From NCBI GenBank assembly GCA_900088475.1, contig FLMG01002747.1:1313-65312 (forward strand): 64,000 nt of DNA, given 5' to 3'. Positions 1-13,177 of the stretch are shown here, in pieces. Both the position numbers and the translations under genes were made by a program. Each line of letters begins with the position of its first letter. Within the stretch, counting starts at the first letter, position 1. The DNA is from Hyphochytrium catenoides. Its lineage: Eukaryota > Protista > Hyphochytriomycota. Below the pieces are notes generated by a model, which searched no databases, was not told the origin of the DNA, and was given only the letters and a program-made list of their open reading frames with translations.

Positions 1-3000
1 GAGCAAAGAATAGTTTCCCACCGGAGGAAAAAGGAAGAAGAAGAGAAGAGGGAGAGGGAAGAGAAAGAAAGACACCTTCGCGAGCTAAAGGAGTTGAACT
101 TTATGATAAAGATGGATCTCGAGAGCCGCCGATGGCAGGAAGCTGAAGAGCTAAAGAAGAGAGACGACGAGGGTAAAAGAGAACGGGAGAGGAGAGTCAG
201 AGAGCAAGAGGAGAGAGAGAGAGAAGAGAGAGAGAGAAAGTGTCTCCACCGGGAGGAACTGATTATGAGAAAGAGATGTGCAGTTGAGAGAAGGAGAGAA
301 AGGCAAGAGACAGCGGCGCAGCAGGCGAAGAGACAGGAGCAGGAAAGGAGAGAGATTGTCTTGATGCTTCAGGTAAGAGAGAAAAGGAAGAGTAATGGAA
401 GAGAAAAGCATGAGGCAGTTGAAAGAGTGACGTAGTGAGGAAGAGAGCAAGAAGAGTCCTCTGAAGAAGCTTTAGGTGGACAACGGAGACTCCTGGAAGG
501 GGTGCCAAAACAGAGAAGAAGAGGAAAGAAAGGGAGAGACGAAGAGAAAGGAGGAGGGGTGGAAACGCAGAGATAGATGGAGAGACAGCGAGAGTGAAAA
601 CTAAGCATTAAGCGAGAAAGTGAGAGCGAGAGAAACAGAGACACAGAGAGAACGCGAGGGGAGGCGCTCGAGAAGAAAAAGAGGGAGATAGAGAGAGGAG
701 AGTTAGAGGAAGAGAAAGAAGCACAAAAGGTCTAGATAGTCAACTAACGCAACGCCACTTTCTCCCGTAGGAGGACAAGGAAGCTCGTCAGCAGAGAGAA
801 AGAGAGAGAGAGGCAGCTCAGTTTCACGCAGCAAACGCTACTGAGATAGAGAGGCTCAGAAAATGGAGAGAAAGCAAGAGCGAAGCTATAGAGAGAGAGA
901 GAATGGGCCAGGAAGAGAAGCAAATGCGGAAGTATTTGAAGCTAAGAAGAGAAGAGCAGGGAAGAGAGAAAAGAGAAGCTTTTGTGACCAGGTATTGTCC
1001 TGTTTGGGGTCTCCTCTTTTGTCTCTGGCGTAGTTCTTAGAAGAGCTTCTTGTATGATACTCTCTCTCTCTCTCTCTCTTTCCTTCCCATTACTCCCTGT
1101 CTTCCTCTCTCTCACTGTCGCTTTCTTGTCTCCATTCATCCTGTTATCTGGGTCGAACTATGTCTCTCTCTCCCTTCCCTCTCCCACCATCTCCCACTCT
1201 CCCAGGTCTCCCTTTCTCTCTCTCCCCTTGGTTTTGACGCTCGTTTTCTGTTCAAGATGGCTTCAGGAGGATCGAGAGCGCAAGCGGATGGCCTCAGAGG
1301 AGGCACACAGCAAAGCAGCAGAAGAGAGATGGAAACTCCTCCGTCTTAGCGCAATAGAGAGAGAGGAAAGAGAGCGGGGAGATATGGGAAGAGAAGAGGA
1401 GAGGACTAGAGCCTATCAGGAGGAAGAGAAAAGGAGGATGAAGAAAGCTCAGCAGCTGCAGGAAGTAGAGAAAGTCCAGAGGTTACTCCTGGAGACAGAA
1501 GAGAAGAAAGAGAGAGAAAAAATAGAGGAAGACAGGAGGAAAAGGAGGAAAAAAGAAGAGACAAGGGAAGTGATAGAGTCTCTATCAATGCGGCAGGAGG
1601 AAGCAAGAGAAAGAGCACGGTTGCGGGCTATAAAGGAAGGACAAGAGAAAGAGAGAGAGACGAGAGAGAAAAGAGAGCGCTTCAAGAGAGAGAAAGAGGC
1701 CTTTCTTCAACGCCTCAGTGCCCTTCCTCAGAAGCAGTCACATCAGGACGAAAGTGATGGTGAGAGAGAGGGAGAGAAAGAGGCCAAGATTCCTGTCAAC
1801 GTTGGTACTCCTGCACAGGACGCGCAAGAGAGAAAAGCGGAGACGGCTACAGACCAGAGAGAGACGACTCAGGAGATTGACAAAGAAGAAGAGAGAAGGC
1901 GACAATTCTCCTCTTTCCTCGAATTGGCAGTGGGGAGAGAGAGGGATGAGCTTGTCTACGCCCTCTTAGAGACGTTAAGCGAGGAGTCTCTCTCTTTTGT
2001 CCTCTCAGAAGAAGTACAAAAAATGCTCTTGGTTATGAAGAAAAGGAGAGAAGAAGAGGAAAAGCAACTGAGATTCCAACGGACCAAGAGAGAAGAAGAA
2101 GAGAAGCAAAAGAGAGAAAGAGAGGAGACACAGCGAAAGGAAGAAGAGGATCGGAGACGGATTGCGGAGGAAGAAAAGAGGAAAGAAGACAGGAGAAGAA
2201 AGGAAGAGGAAGACATGCAGAAAGAAGAAGAGGAAAGCCGGCAAGCAGACACAAGAAAAAGACTAGAAGAGCTAGAGATAGAGAGGAGAAGAAGACAAGA
2301 GGAACTGGAGAAGGCTGAAGCTGAGAAAAGGAAGAAAGAGGAAGAAGAGATCCTCCAAAGAGAGAAAGAGAACAAGCTGAAGAGAGAGGAAGAAGAGAGA
2401 ATTCTGATGCACGAGAGGCTCACGAGAGAAGAAGAGGAAAGGAGGCACAGTGAAGAAGCAGAAGAGGAGAGGAGGAAAGAAGAGGAAGAGCAAATGAAGA
2501 GAGAAGAGAAAGAGAGACAACTCAAGAAAGAAGAAGAAGCCAGATTAAAATTGAAGGGAGAAGAGAGACTAGGGAAGGAGGGAGACGAGAGAGAGAAGAC
2601 GAACAAGAGCGTTGAGGAAACCTTGTTTACGCTCCACGTCACTCAATCTTTGGCCGAGGAAGAGGTCCAACGCATCTTCGACGGTGCAGAAGAGCCAGCT
2701 CTCTCTCTCTCACTCTTTCCATCTCTCCCTCCCTCTTACTCACAGGAAGAAGAACCTCTCACCTCCTCTGTTTCCTCTCTTGGGGTCTCTTCCTCCATAG
2801 TGAACCCTTCTTTAACCTTTCCGGGCTCTCGGCCTGAAGCAGCTTCAAAGAACGAGGGAGACGCTGCTGTCTCTCTCTCTTCTACTCTCTCTTCTGCTGT
2901 CTCTTCTACTCTCTCTTCTGCTGTCTCTTCTGCTGTCTCTTCTACTGTCTCTTCTTCTCTCTCCTCTTCTCCTTCGTCTCTCCCTACCAAACGCTTGATC

Positions 3001-4483
3001 GCTCATCAGGAAGCAAACTTTAAGGCACCTCCGACCTTTACTCCTTCAGCTGACAAGGATGGGAAGGTGAGTCTTCTTTCTTTTTCTCGTTCATCTTTCT
3101 TTGGTTCTCTTCTAAATATTGTGGTCTCTCTCTTTCCCCCTCTCTCTCTCTGTCTGTTTCTCTCTTTTTCTCCCTCTCTCTCCTCGATCTCTCTCTCTCT
3201 TTCTTTGCTCTCTTTGCGTCCCACTCGTTTGTCCCCTCGTTCTTCTCTTCTTCATTCCCCTCGGGGACTGTGGTGGCTAGTTCTATTTTTTGAGCCCCTG
3301 CCTCTTCTCAACCCTCTTTCTCCCTTCCGGTCTTTCTCTCTCTAGCTCTCTGCCTCCAGGAAGTTCAGAGCTTTGGCGAAATTGGCGGCGGTCATTCCTC
3401 CTCCTGGTAAACTAAGGAGATGTCCCTTCCCCCCTGTCTCCTCTCTCTCTCTCTCTCGCTGTCTATCTCTCTTTCTCCAGCCTCCTATCGCCGCAAATCT
3501 ACCCCTGCCATCCTGCTCTCTTTGCATGGCCACGACGCTGCCTAACTCTAATCCCTTCCTCTCTCACTCTCTTTCTTTTCTTTGATCAGCCCCTCCTCCG
3601 GTGCAGCCTGCGGACCCTAAGGAGGTGGAGGCAATGAGCCATGAAGACATGGCCTCCAATGTTTGGAGGAAGAGGGAGGCGGAAGGTCATTCCTTGCCGT
3701 CCTCTCTCTCTCTCTCTCTCTCTCTCTGGCTCTCTCTCTTCCTCTCTCTCTCTCTCTTTTGTTATCTCTCAGCCTCTTCCTCGCCTCTTATCTATATGTC
3801 TCTCTGTCGTTCTCTGATAGCTCTCTCTCTGTTCTCTTTCTTTCTTTAATATGTTTCACTCTGGACGTCTTTGATATTCATCGCATATTTCCCGTTGTGG
3901 GCCCTCTCATCTTCTTTTCATGTCTAATGCCTTCCATACCTCTTCTTCCGTCATTAAGTCGTCTCTCTCTGAATAAGACTCTTGTGGCTTGACTTGCTTC
4001 TGATCTATCTGTCTCTCTCTCTCCGCCGTTGTCCTTTTCCTCTTCCGTCTCTGTTTCCAGGATGGCGTCTCGCAAAGATACTTTGGGATCCCTTCGAGTT
4101 GGCCATGTTCAGAGAGGTGGCAGGTAGAGCACAACTACTCTCTCCAGACCCCCTCTTTCTGTCCCTTTCTTCTCTGTCGGTCTGTGTCTCACTCTTTCTT
4201 TCTGTCTCGCTCCGCACTCTCTCTCTTTCTCTCCCTGTTTCTCTCTTTCCGTCTCTCTGTCTCTGTGGCTGTCTGTCTCTTTCTCTGTCTTTCTCTCTGA
4301 GGCTTCACCATCTCTCCTAAGATGTCCGTTATGATTTAGGACTAGGACCGTGTCGCTTCGTTTACCTTGACTCTGTTTCAGGCGTTGTTTCCCGTTTGCA
4401 TGCATCACCCTTTTTTTTCTCTCTTCTCTTCATAACGTTCTTATTTTATATCTCTCTTTTCTCTAACTTTTCTTCTGTCCCCT

Positions 4484-4521
<38 letters not shown>

Positions 4522-6790
4522 CGTCTCTGTCTCTCTCTCTCCCCCCTCCCTCTCCCTTTCTCTCTCTCTCTCTCCCTCGCCCCTTCTGTCTCTCTCTTCC
4601 CTCTCTTCATAGGCTGGCACTGGGAAGAATGGTGCCAGGCCACTGTAGACACAGTGATCCGGCGCTTTGGCCTTCGACAAGTCTCTTCCTTTCCTCTCCC
4701 GGTGGACAAGCTCCTGCACTCCAGTCAGGCGGAAGATCCGTTGGATCTCTCTTCTGAAGATCTTCCCACAGCTGAGGAACTGCTGATGGTCGATGTGGAA
4801 GAAATCAAGCAGATGCAGTCCTCAGCCAGAGTGACGAAGATCATTGAGCTGCTGCATGTAAGGGCGAGGAAGGAAGAGACAGAGAAAGGGAGAGAGGGAG
4901 AACGGAGAGGAAGGAACAGAAGAAGTGGGAAGAGAGGGAGAAAATATCCTTGAGATTTATGGAAGTGTAAGGACGAGGAGAGAGAGGCCGGGCGAAATAA
5001 AGCGAGAGAGAGAGAAAGAGAGAGAGAAGAGAACGACTTAAGGGGCAAAGATGTTTGAGGGTGACGACAAAGCCTATCCACAGGCCACTATTGAGATAGA
5101 ACAGTCTACTATACACCTTGTACCCCGGGATAAGAGAAAGAGAGAGAAAGAGAGAGAGACTGTGGAAAGACAACACCCTCGTCAGTCGAGCAGCTTTCTC
5201 CATTATCGTACCTTTGTTGACTGTCTTTTCTCTCTCTCTCTCTTTCATGTCTCTCTTTCTCTTCCTCTCCTTCGACACCCAGCCAAAGTATTCGGCTGGA
5301 TTGTCAAGGTATCACAGGCTGCGGGATAAGCTGAAGGAGGTGGCGAAGAGAAAGAAAAGAGGAAAAGTGACGAAAGCCTCAGAAGAGAAGAGAAGTGATG
5401 AGAAGGGGGAGAAGCCAAGAAAAAGAAGGGGAAGACGACCGCTCCCGCCTTCTTCTATATCCTCCGCTTCTCCAGCTCTTTCTTCTCCTTCTCCTGCTGG
5501 GTCTGTCCCTCCCTCTTCGCCAGCAGAGCGATTGAGAGAGAAGAAGCCACAAGAGAAGAAGAGAGAGGATACGAAAAGGAAGAGAGAAGAAGAAGAGGAA
5601 GAAGAGAGCGAGGGAGTGGAGGAAGGCAGTGACTCTCATGGTGAAGAGGAGGGAGAAGAAGACTCAGGAGAAGAAGACTCGGAGGATGAGGACTCAGCGA
5701 GCAGTGAGGATGACCGGGAAGAAGAGAGAGAGGACGAAGGAGAAGGAGATCCTTCCCGTCCTGCCTCTTCCTCAAGTCTGCGCGCTCGCCTCGAGGCGTC
5801 AGAAAGAGCTCTCCTTCCCCTGGCTAGGCATCTGGCGTGGTCTTACGTCACGCTGTGGAGAATATCGGCAGAGAAGCTGTTCCTGAAGAGAGGCATAAGG
5901 TGAATGCTGCATTGTGCTTCATCCCTATCTTTTCTCTCTCTCCTTCTTTCTCTCTCTCTTTGTCCTTCTTCCTTCTCTGGTTATTCTCTCCTTTCCTCGC
6001 TCTTCTTCTTTCTCCCTCGCCCTTCTCTCTGATGTCTGTCTCGGAGACTCTCTCTTCGGATCTTCTATGACTGGCGCTCTGCGGTTTCCGTGTCTGCCCT
6101 TCACCTCTCAATTTTGCTCTCTCCCTGCTTTGCTCTCTTCTTTCCGTCAGTTCTCCATATCTATCTCTTGGACTTGACATCTGTGGAGCTCTTGTCCGTC
6201 TCGACCCAAAACTATCTTCTGTTCCTTTCTCTCCCGCTCTGGGTCTCAATTTTGTCCTTTTCTATCAATGAGCTCTCTCTCTCTCTTTTTTTTGTGCTCC
6301 CTCTCACTCCTATCTTTTAGCAATCCAGAGATTGTTGGCTTGGTTTCTATAGCGACCACAGGGCTAGAGCTAAGCTCACTCTCTCTTCTCTCCTCTCTCT
6401 GTTGCTCTCCTTTTGATTGCTCTTCCTGATTATAGGGCGATGGCTCTGGCTGTGGAGCTCTGTAAGGCAAAGGCTGAACTTCAGAGCCTCTTGGTCGACC
6501 TCGCTGGCTTCTATGAGGAAGCAGGTGGGGAGAAAATTGGCTTCCCTCTCTCTCTCTCAGTCTTCTTTCTTATTCTTTTTCTTTTCCTCTTTCTCTCTCT
6601 GACTGCCTGCCACTTGCCTCACCTGTGTGGCACTTTCTGCCTTCGAAAACTAGGGAAATTTCGCAAGGCGCTGGACATTTTCTCCAAGTTTATTCCACAG
6701 TATCCCAAGTATAAAGGTCAGCTGTCAGGTCACTGGCCTCTGCTGGGATTTCTCCTTTCACTCTTTCCTCTTTCTCTCTCTTTCTCTCTA

Positions 6791-6863
<73 letters not shown>

Positions 6864-8610
6864 TCTAAATCCCTATGGCCTCGTCTTCCTCGCAGGCGCC
6901 TAGCCTTTCCTCTCCATGTGGCACATTTTATGAACCTTGCTGCCTCCTTAACACGCTCTCTCTCTCTCCGTGTTTGTCTCTCTCTCTTGGTCTCACTTTC
7001 TCCAAATCGCTCATTCTCTCTTCTAGGCATACGGCTAGTGATCGCTCGCTCCGCGGTGATGATGCTGCGGGTTGGGAAGTACAAAGAGAGTGCCAAATAC
7101 TTCTTCCACATCCTCGAAAGTCCGCCGAAGCCCTTCCAGAAAGATGAACTTCAGGTTGTCCCAGGAGGAACGTGGCGGAAAGAACAGGAGGAGAGAGAGA
7201 GACGGAGAGAGACAGAAATATTGACAGAAAGAGAGAGAGCAGAAAACGAGAAGGCACTGTTATATGCAGTTTGCTTCGCCTGCTCATTCTCCTCGGCCTC
7301 TCTTCTCCTCTGGTCCCTGGCTCTTTCCTTTACTACTCTCCACACCCTCTCTTTCCGTTCTTCTGAGCTGTGTGACTATTCTTCTCTATCTCTAACACTC
7401 TCTCTATTGCCTCTCTCTCTCTTTCTCTCTATTCGTTTCTCCTTTCTCCGGCGAAGCTGTTGATCTCTATGGCCTATGAGCTAGATGGGGACCAAGAGAT
7501 CGCTGAGGCGACATATCACGAGGCTTACGCCCAGAGAGTGGACAGAATAGGACTTCCAGGTAACAGCTTGGAGACTTGGCTCCTGATAACAAGCAGCTTT
7601 GGCCACGCGACAGATAGAAGGGACTACACTGCATCGAAGCTAACTTGGCCCAAGAGAGAGAGAGAAAGAGAGAAAGAGAGAGACACAGAGAACTGAGACA
7701 CACAGAGAGAGACAAAGAAAGAAGATGAATGCGAGGAAGATAGCGAAGAGAGCGAGATTAGGCAGGGAGCCATAGAGGATGGAAGCGAGAGAGATGAGAG
7801 CCACAGATAGAGGGAGATTGCGTAGTTGTGAGAAAGAGAAAGAGAGAGGAGGTATGAGCTCGAGTGAGATGGTACTGGTACAGAAAGCGCAGCAATGCCA
7901 GCAGCCACAAAATATGGTTTCATCCTTGTCCTTTCCTCTGTACAACTCTAACTCTCTTTCCTATGCGTTGTCTGGTCTGCTTCCTGTTCTCACTTCCTTT
8001 CTCAGGAGTTCTGGGGCTCTCTTCAGCGGAAGCGTGGCATCGTTCCTCTCGCATGTGGCTGAGTCAAGCCGAGGAATGGGAGAGGAGGAGGGAATTCTCT
8101 ATCGCCGAGCTGGCTTATGAGAGATACCTGAAGCTTGTTGAGGGAGGAGAACAGTGCGATATGCCGCTGGAAACGCTCTGGATGAAGAGAGCGGTACGTA
8201 CGGGTGGGAAAGATGAAGGCAGGAGAAAGAAGAAAGGAGGAAATAGAGCTTGATGAGGTGGAAGAGGAGTGGCCAGATAAAAAGAGAGACGGACGAGAAA
8301 GGAGAGTGTTATTTTTTCTTTGCTCTCTAGAGGAAATGCCCCCCGGTCTCTCTCCCTGTTCGCTTAGGCATATGGATGACGAAAGTTCTCATCATTAAGA
8401 TGCACACGTTTTAACTCTCTCTCGTTTGTCGCTCTCTCTCTCTCTCTCTCTCCGTCTGGATTGAACTTGTGGCCTCAGCTCTGTTACTATCATATGGACA
8501 AGCAGGAGCAACTGCATCTCTGCATTGATAAAGCACTCGATCTCAAGAGTTTCTTCGACAGAGCGAGAGAGAAGCTCGCACATGCAACCAAAAGAAAGAA
8601 GGGACCCTAG
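1..8610 (+). CDS. Large E/R/K-rich coiled-coil protein with C-terminal TPR-like helical repeats; 5' end lies outside the window; 14 exons
   Basis: Frame-consistent GT-AG exon chain: 1-372, 771-991, 1257-3066, 3346-3406, 3590-~3685, 4061-~4123, 4613-4857, 5283-5899, 6436-6524, 6654-6716, 7027-7154, 7457-7559, 8006-8193, 8479-8610 (TAG). C-terminal exons read LAGFYEEAGKFRKALDIFSKFI, MLRVGKYKESAKYF, MAYELDGDQEIAEATY and AELAYERYL, which are TPR-like. Confidence 0.75.
2865..2960 (+). repeat. Coding 12-bp-unit tandem repeat (SSTL/SSAV)
   Basis: ctctcttctgctgtctcttctact units encode SLSSTLSSAVSSTLSSAVSSAVSSTVSS. Confidence 0.85.
6795..6862. repeat. (CT)n microsatellite, representative of many (also about 22915-22990, 30097-30145, 63465-63500; (GATA)n about 21907-21935)
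   Basis: Directly visible dinucleotide and tetranucleotide runs. Confidence 0.95.
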
Positions 8611-9212
8611 AACCTACCAAGGCCCGAGCAAGAGCACCTGAGAAAGATATTATTAAGTACAGATAGCAGCTCTCCACCCCAGAGAGAGAGAACCACATAG
8701 AAGAGCTCTGAATCTGTCCTCCGAAGGGAGTCGAGAACGAGGAAGAGAGATACTCTTGACTACTAGGACGAGAGGGAGAGGTGACGCACTCCCTCATCGC
8801 AGCTATTTATTCAATATTTATTACTCCCTTTCCTAGTTACGGCGGTACCAATGGCCGTCACCCGAGGAGTCTCTCCGGAATGAGAGAGGCATGAAAAGAC
8901 AAAGACAGAGAAACACAAGCTCTCGTGCAAGGCGAGAGAGAGTGATGCCTTCAGACAACTGTGGTCTTTCTCTTCAGACTGAACCATTGCTAGCTTTTCC
9001 CCTCAGACTTGAATCTTGGGTTACGGGAGGGGAAACAACAAGACGCTGAAAGAGTTGAGCGGACAAAGAGAGCTAGAATGGCCGGAGTAGTCTCTTTTGC
9101 TGCATCCCTCCTCCAGCTGAGTGCGATACTCTTAACGAAAAGAGGCAGAGAATAACCCTTCTCTCCTGTTCTTCCTTTTCCTCTCGGTCTGTAGAGCACC
9201 AGAGCCAGAGTC

Positions 9213-12200
9213 TTAGGCATTCCTGTCTCGGTCCTCTAAGTGGAGGTTTTCCTCCGTCTGTGACTGCAATAATCGACGTCGTGAGAGAGCAAACACTGCT
9301 TCTAAAGCACTTTCCTCCCTCCGCCCGCTGTCCTCGTCCTGGACTTGTCTTTGAACCGCCCGGAAAGGAGAGATAGTCCTTGTTGTCTCGATACTGCTAG
9401 TTCTTTGTCTGCTACTGGTGATGGACGAACTAATCGTGGACGAGGAGCGTCCTCTATCCGCTGTAGGGACTGCGTCTCCTTCTCCTCTGACCGGAGGAGA
9501 GGAGAACGACGCCACATTCGGAGGTCTTCCATAGGTGAGTGAGCCAATCTCTCTTGGTTGGTCTATAGATACTCTCCCGCTTTGAAGAGCAGGCACCTCA
9601 TGGCGATTCCAGAAGAACATCATAGAATGAAACAAAAAGAGAACCGTCGAGATCAGGACTAGGTAAGAAAAGCCAAAGGGAAAGGAAAAGAAGTAGATGT
9701 GAAAGAGAGAGAAGTAGTAGAACATCGCACGAGGAAAGAACCGCACACTGGTCCTAGTCCGCACACTCACTACAGAGAAGAGCTCACAGAGCCAGACAAG
9801 AGAAAGAACCATAAATGCGAGTAGCTGATCGTTGAAGAACTCGAAGAGGAAGAAGAGAATGCCCACGACGATCGGGACGAAAACTAAGCTTTCTACCACG
9901 TGCGTGAAGATCAGAGGGCCGTAGGGAAGACGGTTCCTCACATGGTGCTGAAGGAGAAAAGTGAACTTCAGCATTCTCTCTTGGGTCTCTCTTAACGTGA
10001 AAGAGATGAGTGTCGTGATCGTAAAGAAGAGAAAGAGCGTCGTGATGAGCACGCCCAGCTTAAAGACGAAGAAAGTCTCTCCACTGGCAGTGGATGCTCG
10101 GAACTCGGAGGCGTAGTTGAGACTGATGAGCTCTTTGGAAACAGCGTTGTAGAGAAAGCCCCTTCCTCCATATAAATGTATGAGGTTGTTCACAATAATC
10201 GTGTCATAGCCAATAACGTTCTCCAGCAGGATCTGGAGGAAAGGGCCGCCTACAATGGCGGGCGAAAGACAGAAACGAGGGATTTAGAGAAGGAAAAGAG
10301 ATATGCTGTCAGACAAGCTGGGCAGACGGCCAGAGCCAGACCTATTATCCGCCCCACCTGTGACTGTTTTTGGGAGAGAGAAGCAGCGAACGCGAGCGAG
10401 ATAGAAGAAAGGAGAGATGAACAGGACAAGATAACTCTGGAAGACATGAGAGAAAGTCCGTTAAGGGTATCCAACTCTGCATTCAGGCCGATCATACAAT
10501 CTGGAGAGGTCATCATGGGGAAGGAAAGGAGACGAAGAGCGGCAGGAGAGAGAATTCTGCGAGACAAGATGAACTCACTCACCAATGCAGTGCTGATCAC
10601 TTCGTAGAGTGATCTTCTTGGTGGTGACTCCATGAGAGGCTCTCAGCGTCTCTCTCATGACTAGATAGCTCTTTTCGAGGCTGAAGAGGTATGTAGGACG
10701 CGATATCAGCAGGTCCACTAGGTTCTCATGAAGTCCAGCAGCTGAAGGGCAGACGGCTTTCTTTTCTGCCATATTCTGCAGGCTCTGTCCAAGGTCACCC
10801 CATCCATAGTCAGTGCATTTGGTGCACTTTCTTTCTTCTTCCTTTTGAGGTTGTGTCTGGCTTTCTCCGTCGTTGCAAGGGAGACGGCGGCTCACAGACC
10901 CAAACGCTGCAGGGCTCCTGGCCCACTCTAGGGCCTCTACAAAGGAACGAAGGATGCTGTACAGAATCCAGGTCCCGTCATTTACTGTAAGAGGTCCTGC
11001 TTCTCCCCTCGTTCCCCCGTTCCCTGGTGTGACTTCTCCTCTTTGCCCTAACATTCTCTTTGACAGATCTGTAGCGACACGACTGAAGCGGCCATCGATC
11101 TGCAAAAGCAAGAGCAAGGTCATGGTCATACAGAGGAATCATAGACAAGGTAACAACACAAGGGGCTCGTCAGAGTAGTGGATGAAGCTTATCTTCACGA
11201 TAGGCCGTCTACATAACAAAAGAGGACCGGGGATAAAATGAAGAGGTAAAAAAGACAAATTATTTATCACAATCTAGCTCATACGCAAGGCCTATGCATG
11301 GGAGCCGGTGTCAGAAGCTGGACGTGCCCAAGGCACACCAAGACTACAGGGAGACAGAGAAAGAAGAGAGCAACAGGGAAAATGAGCGTGCCAAAGCTTT
11401 GTTAGGCCTTACTCTGATCTCTAGAATGTGAGCCGTTAGTGGGTCACTACTCCGCGAGCTGGACAGGTTACTTTGTAGCGCGGGGCCCAAGCAGCCTGGA
11501 CTTCCCAATGGGCTTATAAAGGAGAGATGCAGGTACGCCACAAGAAGGACAGAGAGAAGAGCGAAAAGGAGGACACTATATTCCATAGCCCGTCGGAACT
11601 GTCTCCAGCAAAACGCCCCGTCAAAGAAGAAAGGGTGGAGGGGTCATGGGTAGAAAGGAAGATATGTTGTCGAGAAGGAAAAGGAATGCAGGCACAACGG
11701 CGGAAAAAGGAGTCAGTCAAGTACCACGGGGACCGTGTTAACGCCCGCTGTTCTCCTAACCAGTCCTGTTCAGTCTTCCGGATCTCTCGCCTCTCTCTCT
11801 CATCATGGCATTGTCTCTTCAATCTCTCTATCTGCTCTCTCCCGAAAAAATCTTCTCTCCTCCTATCTTCTCCCGTTCCTCTTGGTGGGCTCCACTCTCC
11901 CAGTAGAAGCCATCATAGACGATAAGACCAGGAGCTTTTACCTTGGGGCCAATGTACTTCGTCACCGTCGAGACGAAGCGCGTGTGAAGCCTAAAGAAAA
12001 CCTGCTCCATGCCTCGTGACGTGTCAAAGTTCACATAAGTCAAAGGCGTAGATGGAGGGAGCTCCCATTCCCCACTCTCTCCCTCTCTTTCCGTCTCGCT
12101 CCTCCTATCATCGGCTCCTGCGGCAGCCCTAGCTCTAAAGGTCCCCATATTTCTGTCGCCGGAAGGCTGGCCCCCGATTGGTCCCGGAGTTCCATATGAT

Positions 12201-12421
12201 TGGGACAGTGCGCTTGCCCATTGGTTGCCACCAATTTGCAGCGGATGAGAGGCGCTGACAGCCTCTAAAGAGGAGTAAGAGAGAGAAGGAGTTGAAGAGT
12301 CCGAAGTGCCAGTCAGCTGCCCGCCTCCGCCAGAGGAGACGGACGCGCTATCTTCCCCTATTGCAGGCCCTGCCATGCTTGGCACTGTGCGGCTAAGGTT
12401 ACCAAAGTAAATGGAACTCAT
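9213..12421 (-). CDS. TMEM259: Membralin (ER membrane protein), 4 exons
   Basis: Motifs EQVFFRLH, YLHLSF, YLFSLEKSYL, GYDTII, ISFTLRETQERMLKF and VFVPIVVGILFFLFEFFNDQLLAFMVLSLVWLCELF. Exons join in frame (GPK|FRRAMEY, LEIR|IDGR, HCIG|GPFLQ). TAA at 9213-9215. Confidence 0.92.
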
Positions 12422-13177
12422 AGCTTTCTGGCATAAGATCTCAAGTTCCCGTGCAGGTCATCCTCTAAGTGCGCCATCCCTGAAGTGGGTTTAGCCCTGA
12501 GACTTATAAAGAGACGAATCTATTCAGCTGCTGAGTATCAGAGGAACCAAACCCGGTCGTCCACAAACCTTAGGAAAGAATAGTTTGCGATCCTTCCACC
12601 TCCACTATCGGGATAATTGGCGGTTGGAAGTGGAGAAGCGTGGCCAGCCCCAGAGCTGGAGACGGCGACAATGGATTTGTTGTGCCTTTATCTACCCGCA
12701 ACTCAGCGGCATGTCCTGATGGTTTTGCCTTCCTCCTTCCGCCCCTCAGCCTTCTCATGTGACTGCTTCCCTATCTCTTGACGATGACTGTTCCTCTTGC
12801 ATGGACAGGAGGAGCATCAGAGTGCACAGCACACAGCAGGAGGAGTCAACAGGTCTCCTAGCGATGCTGTTGACCTTCTAAACTCCTGCTCCGTGAAGAT
12901 GAGAGCCGCCAGGCAGCAGCAGCAAAGATCAACAAAGAAAGACAGACAGTCCGTGTACAACCGGCAACACGGTACATCCAGCCCCTCGGAGATATCAGAA
13001 GAGAAGGAAGAGCGAGAGAGAGAGAGAGGAAACAGAGAGGAAGAGAAATGTACTGGGCAGAAGGGGAAAAGGACAGGACAGAGGAGAGACAGAGAGAGAC
13101 AGAGAGAGAGAGATTGCCGGGAGAGAGATAAGCGGGGGACAGAAGAATGTTCCTGTCCAGATAGCCCATTGAGACCC

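Noticed and set aside
151-8400. Many LSLSLS/RERERE ORFs in the track, here and throughout
   Set aside because: They are translations of CT/GA microsatellites or antisense of real exons.
12593-12630. Imperfect hairpin upstream of membralin
   Set aside because: Several mismatches; plausible by chance in purine/pyrimidine-skewed DNA.
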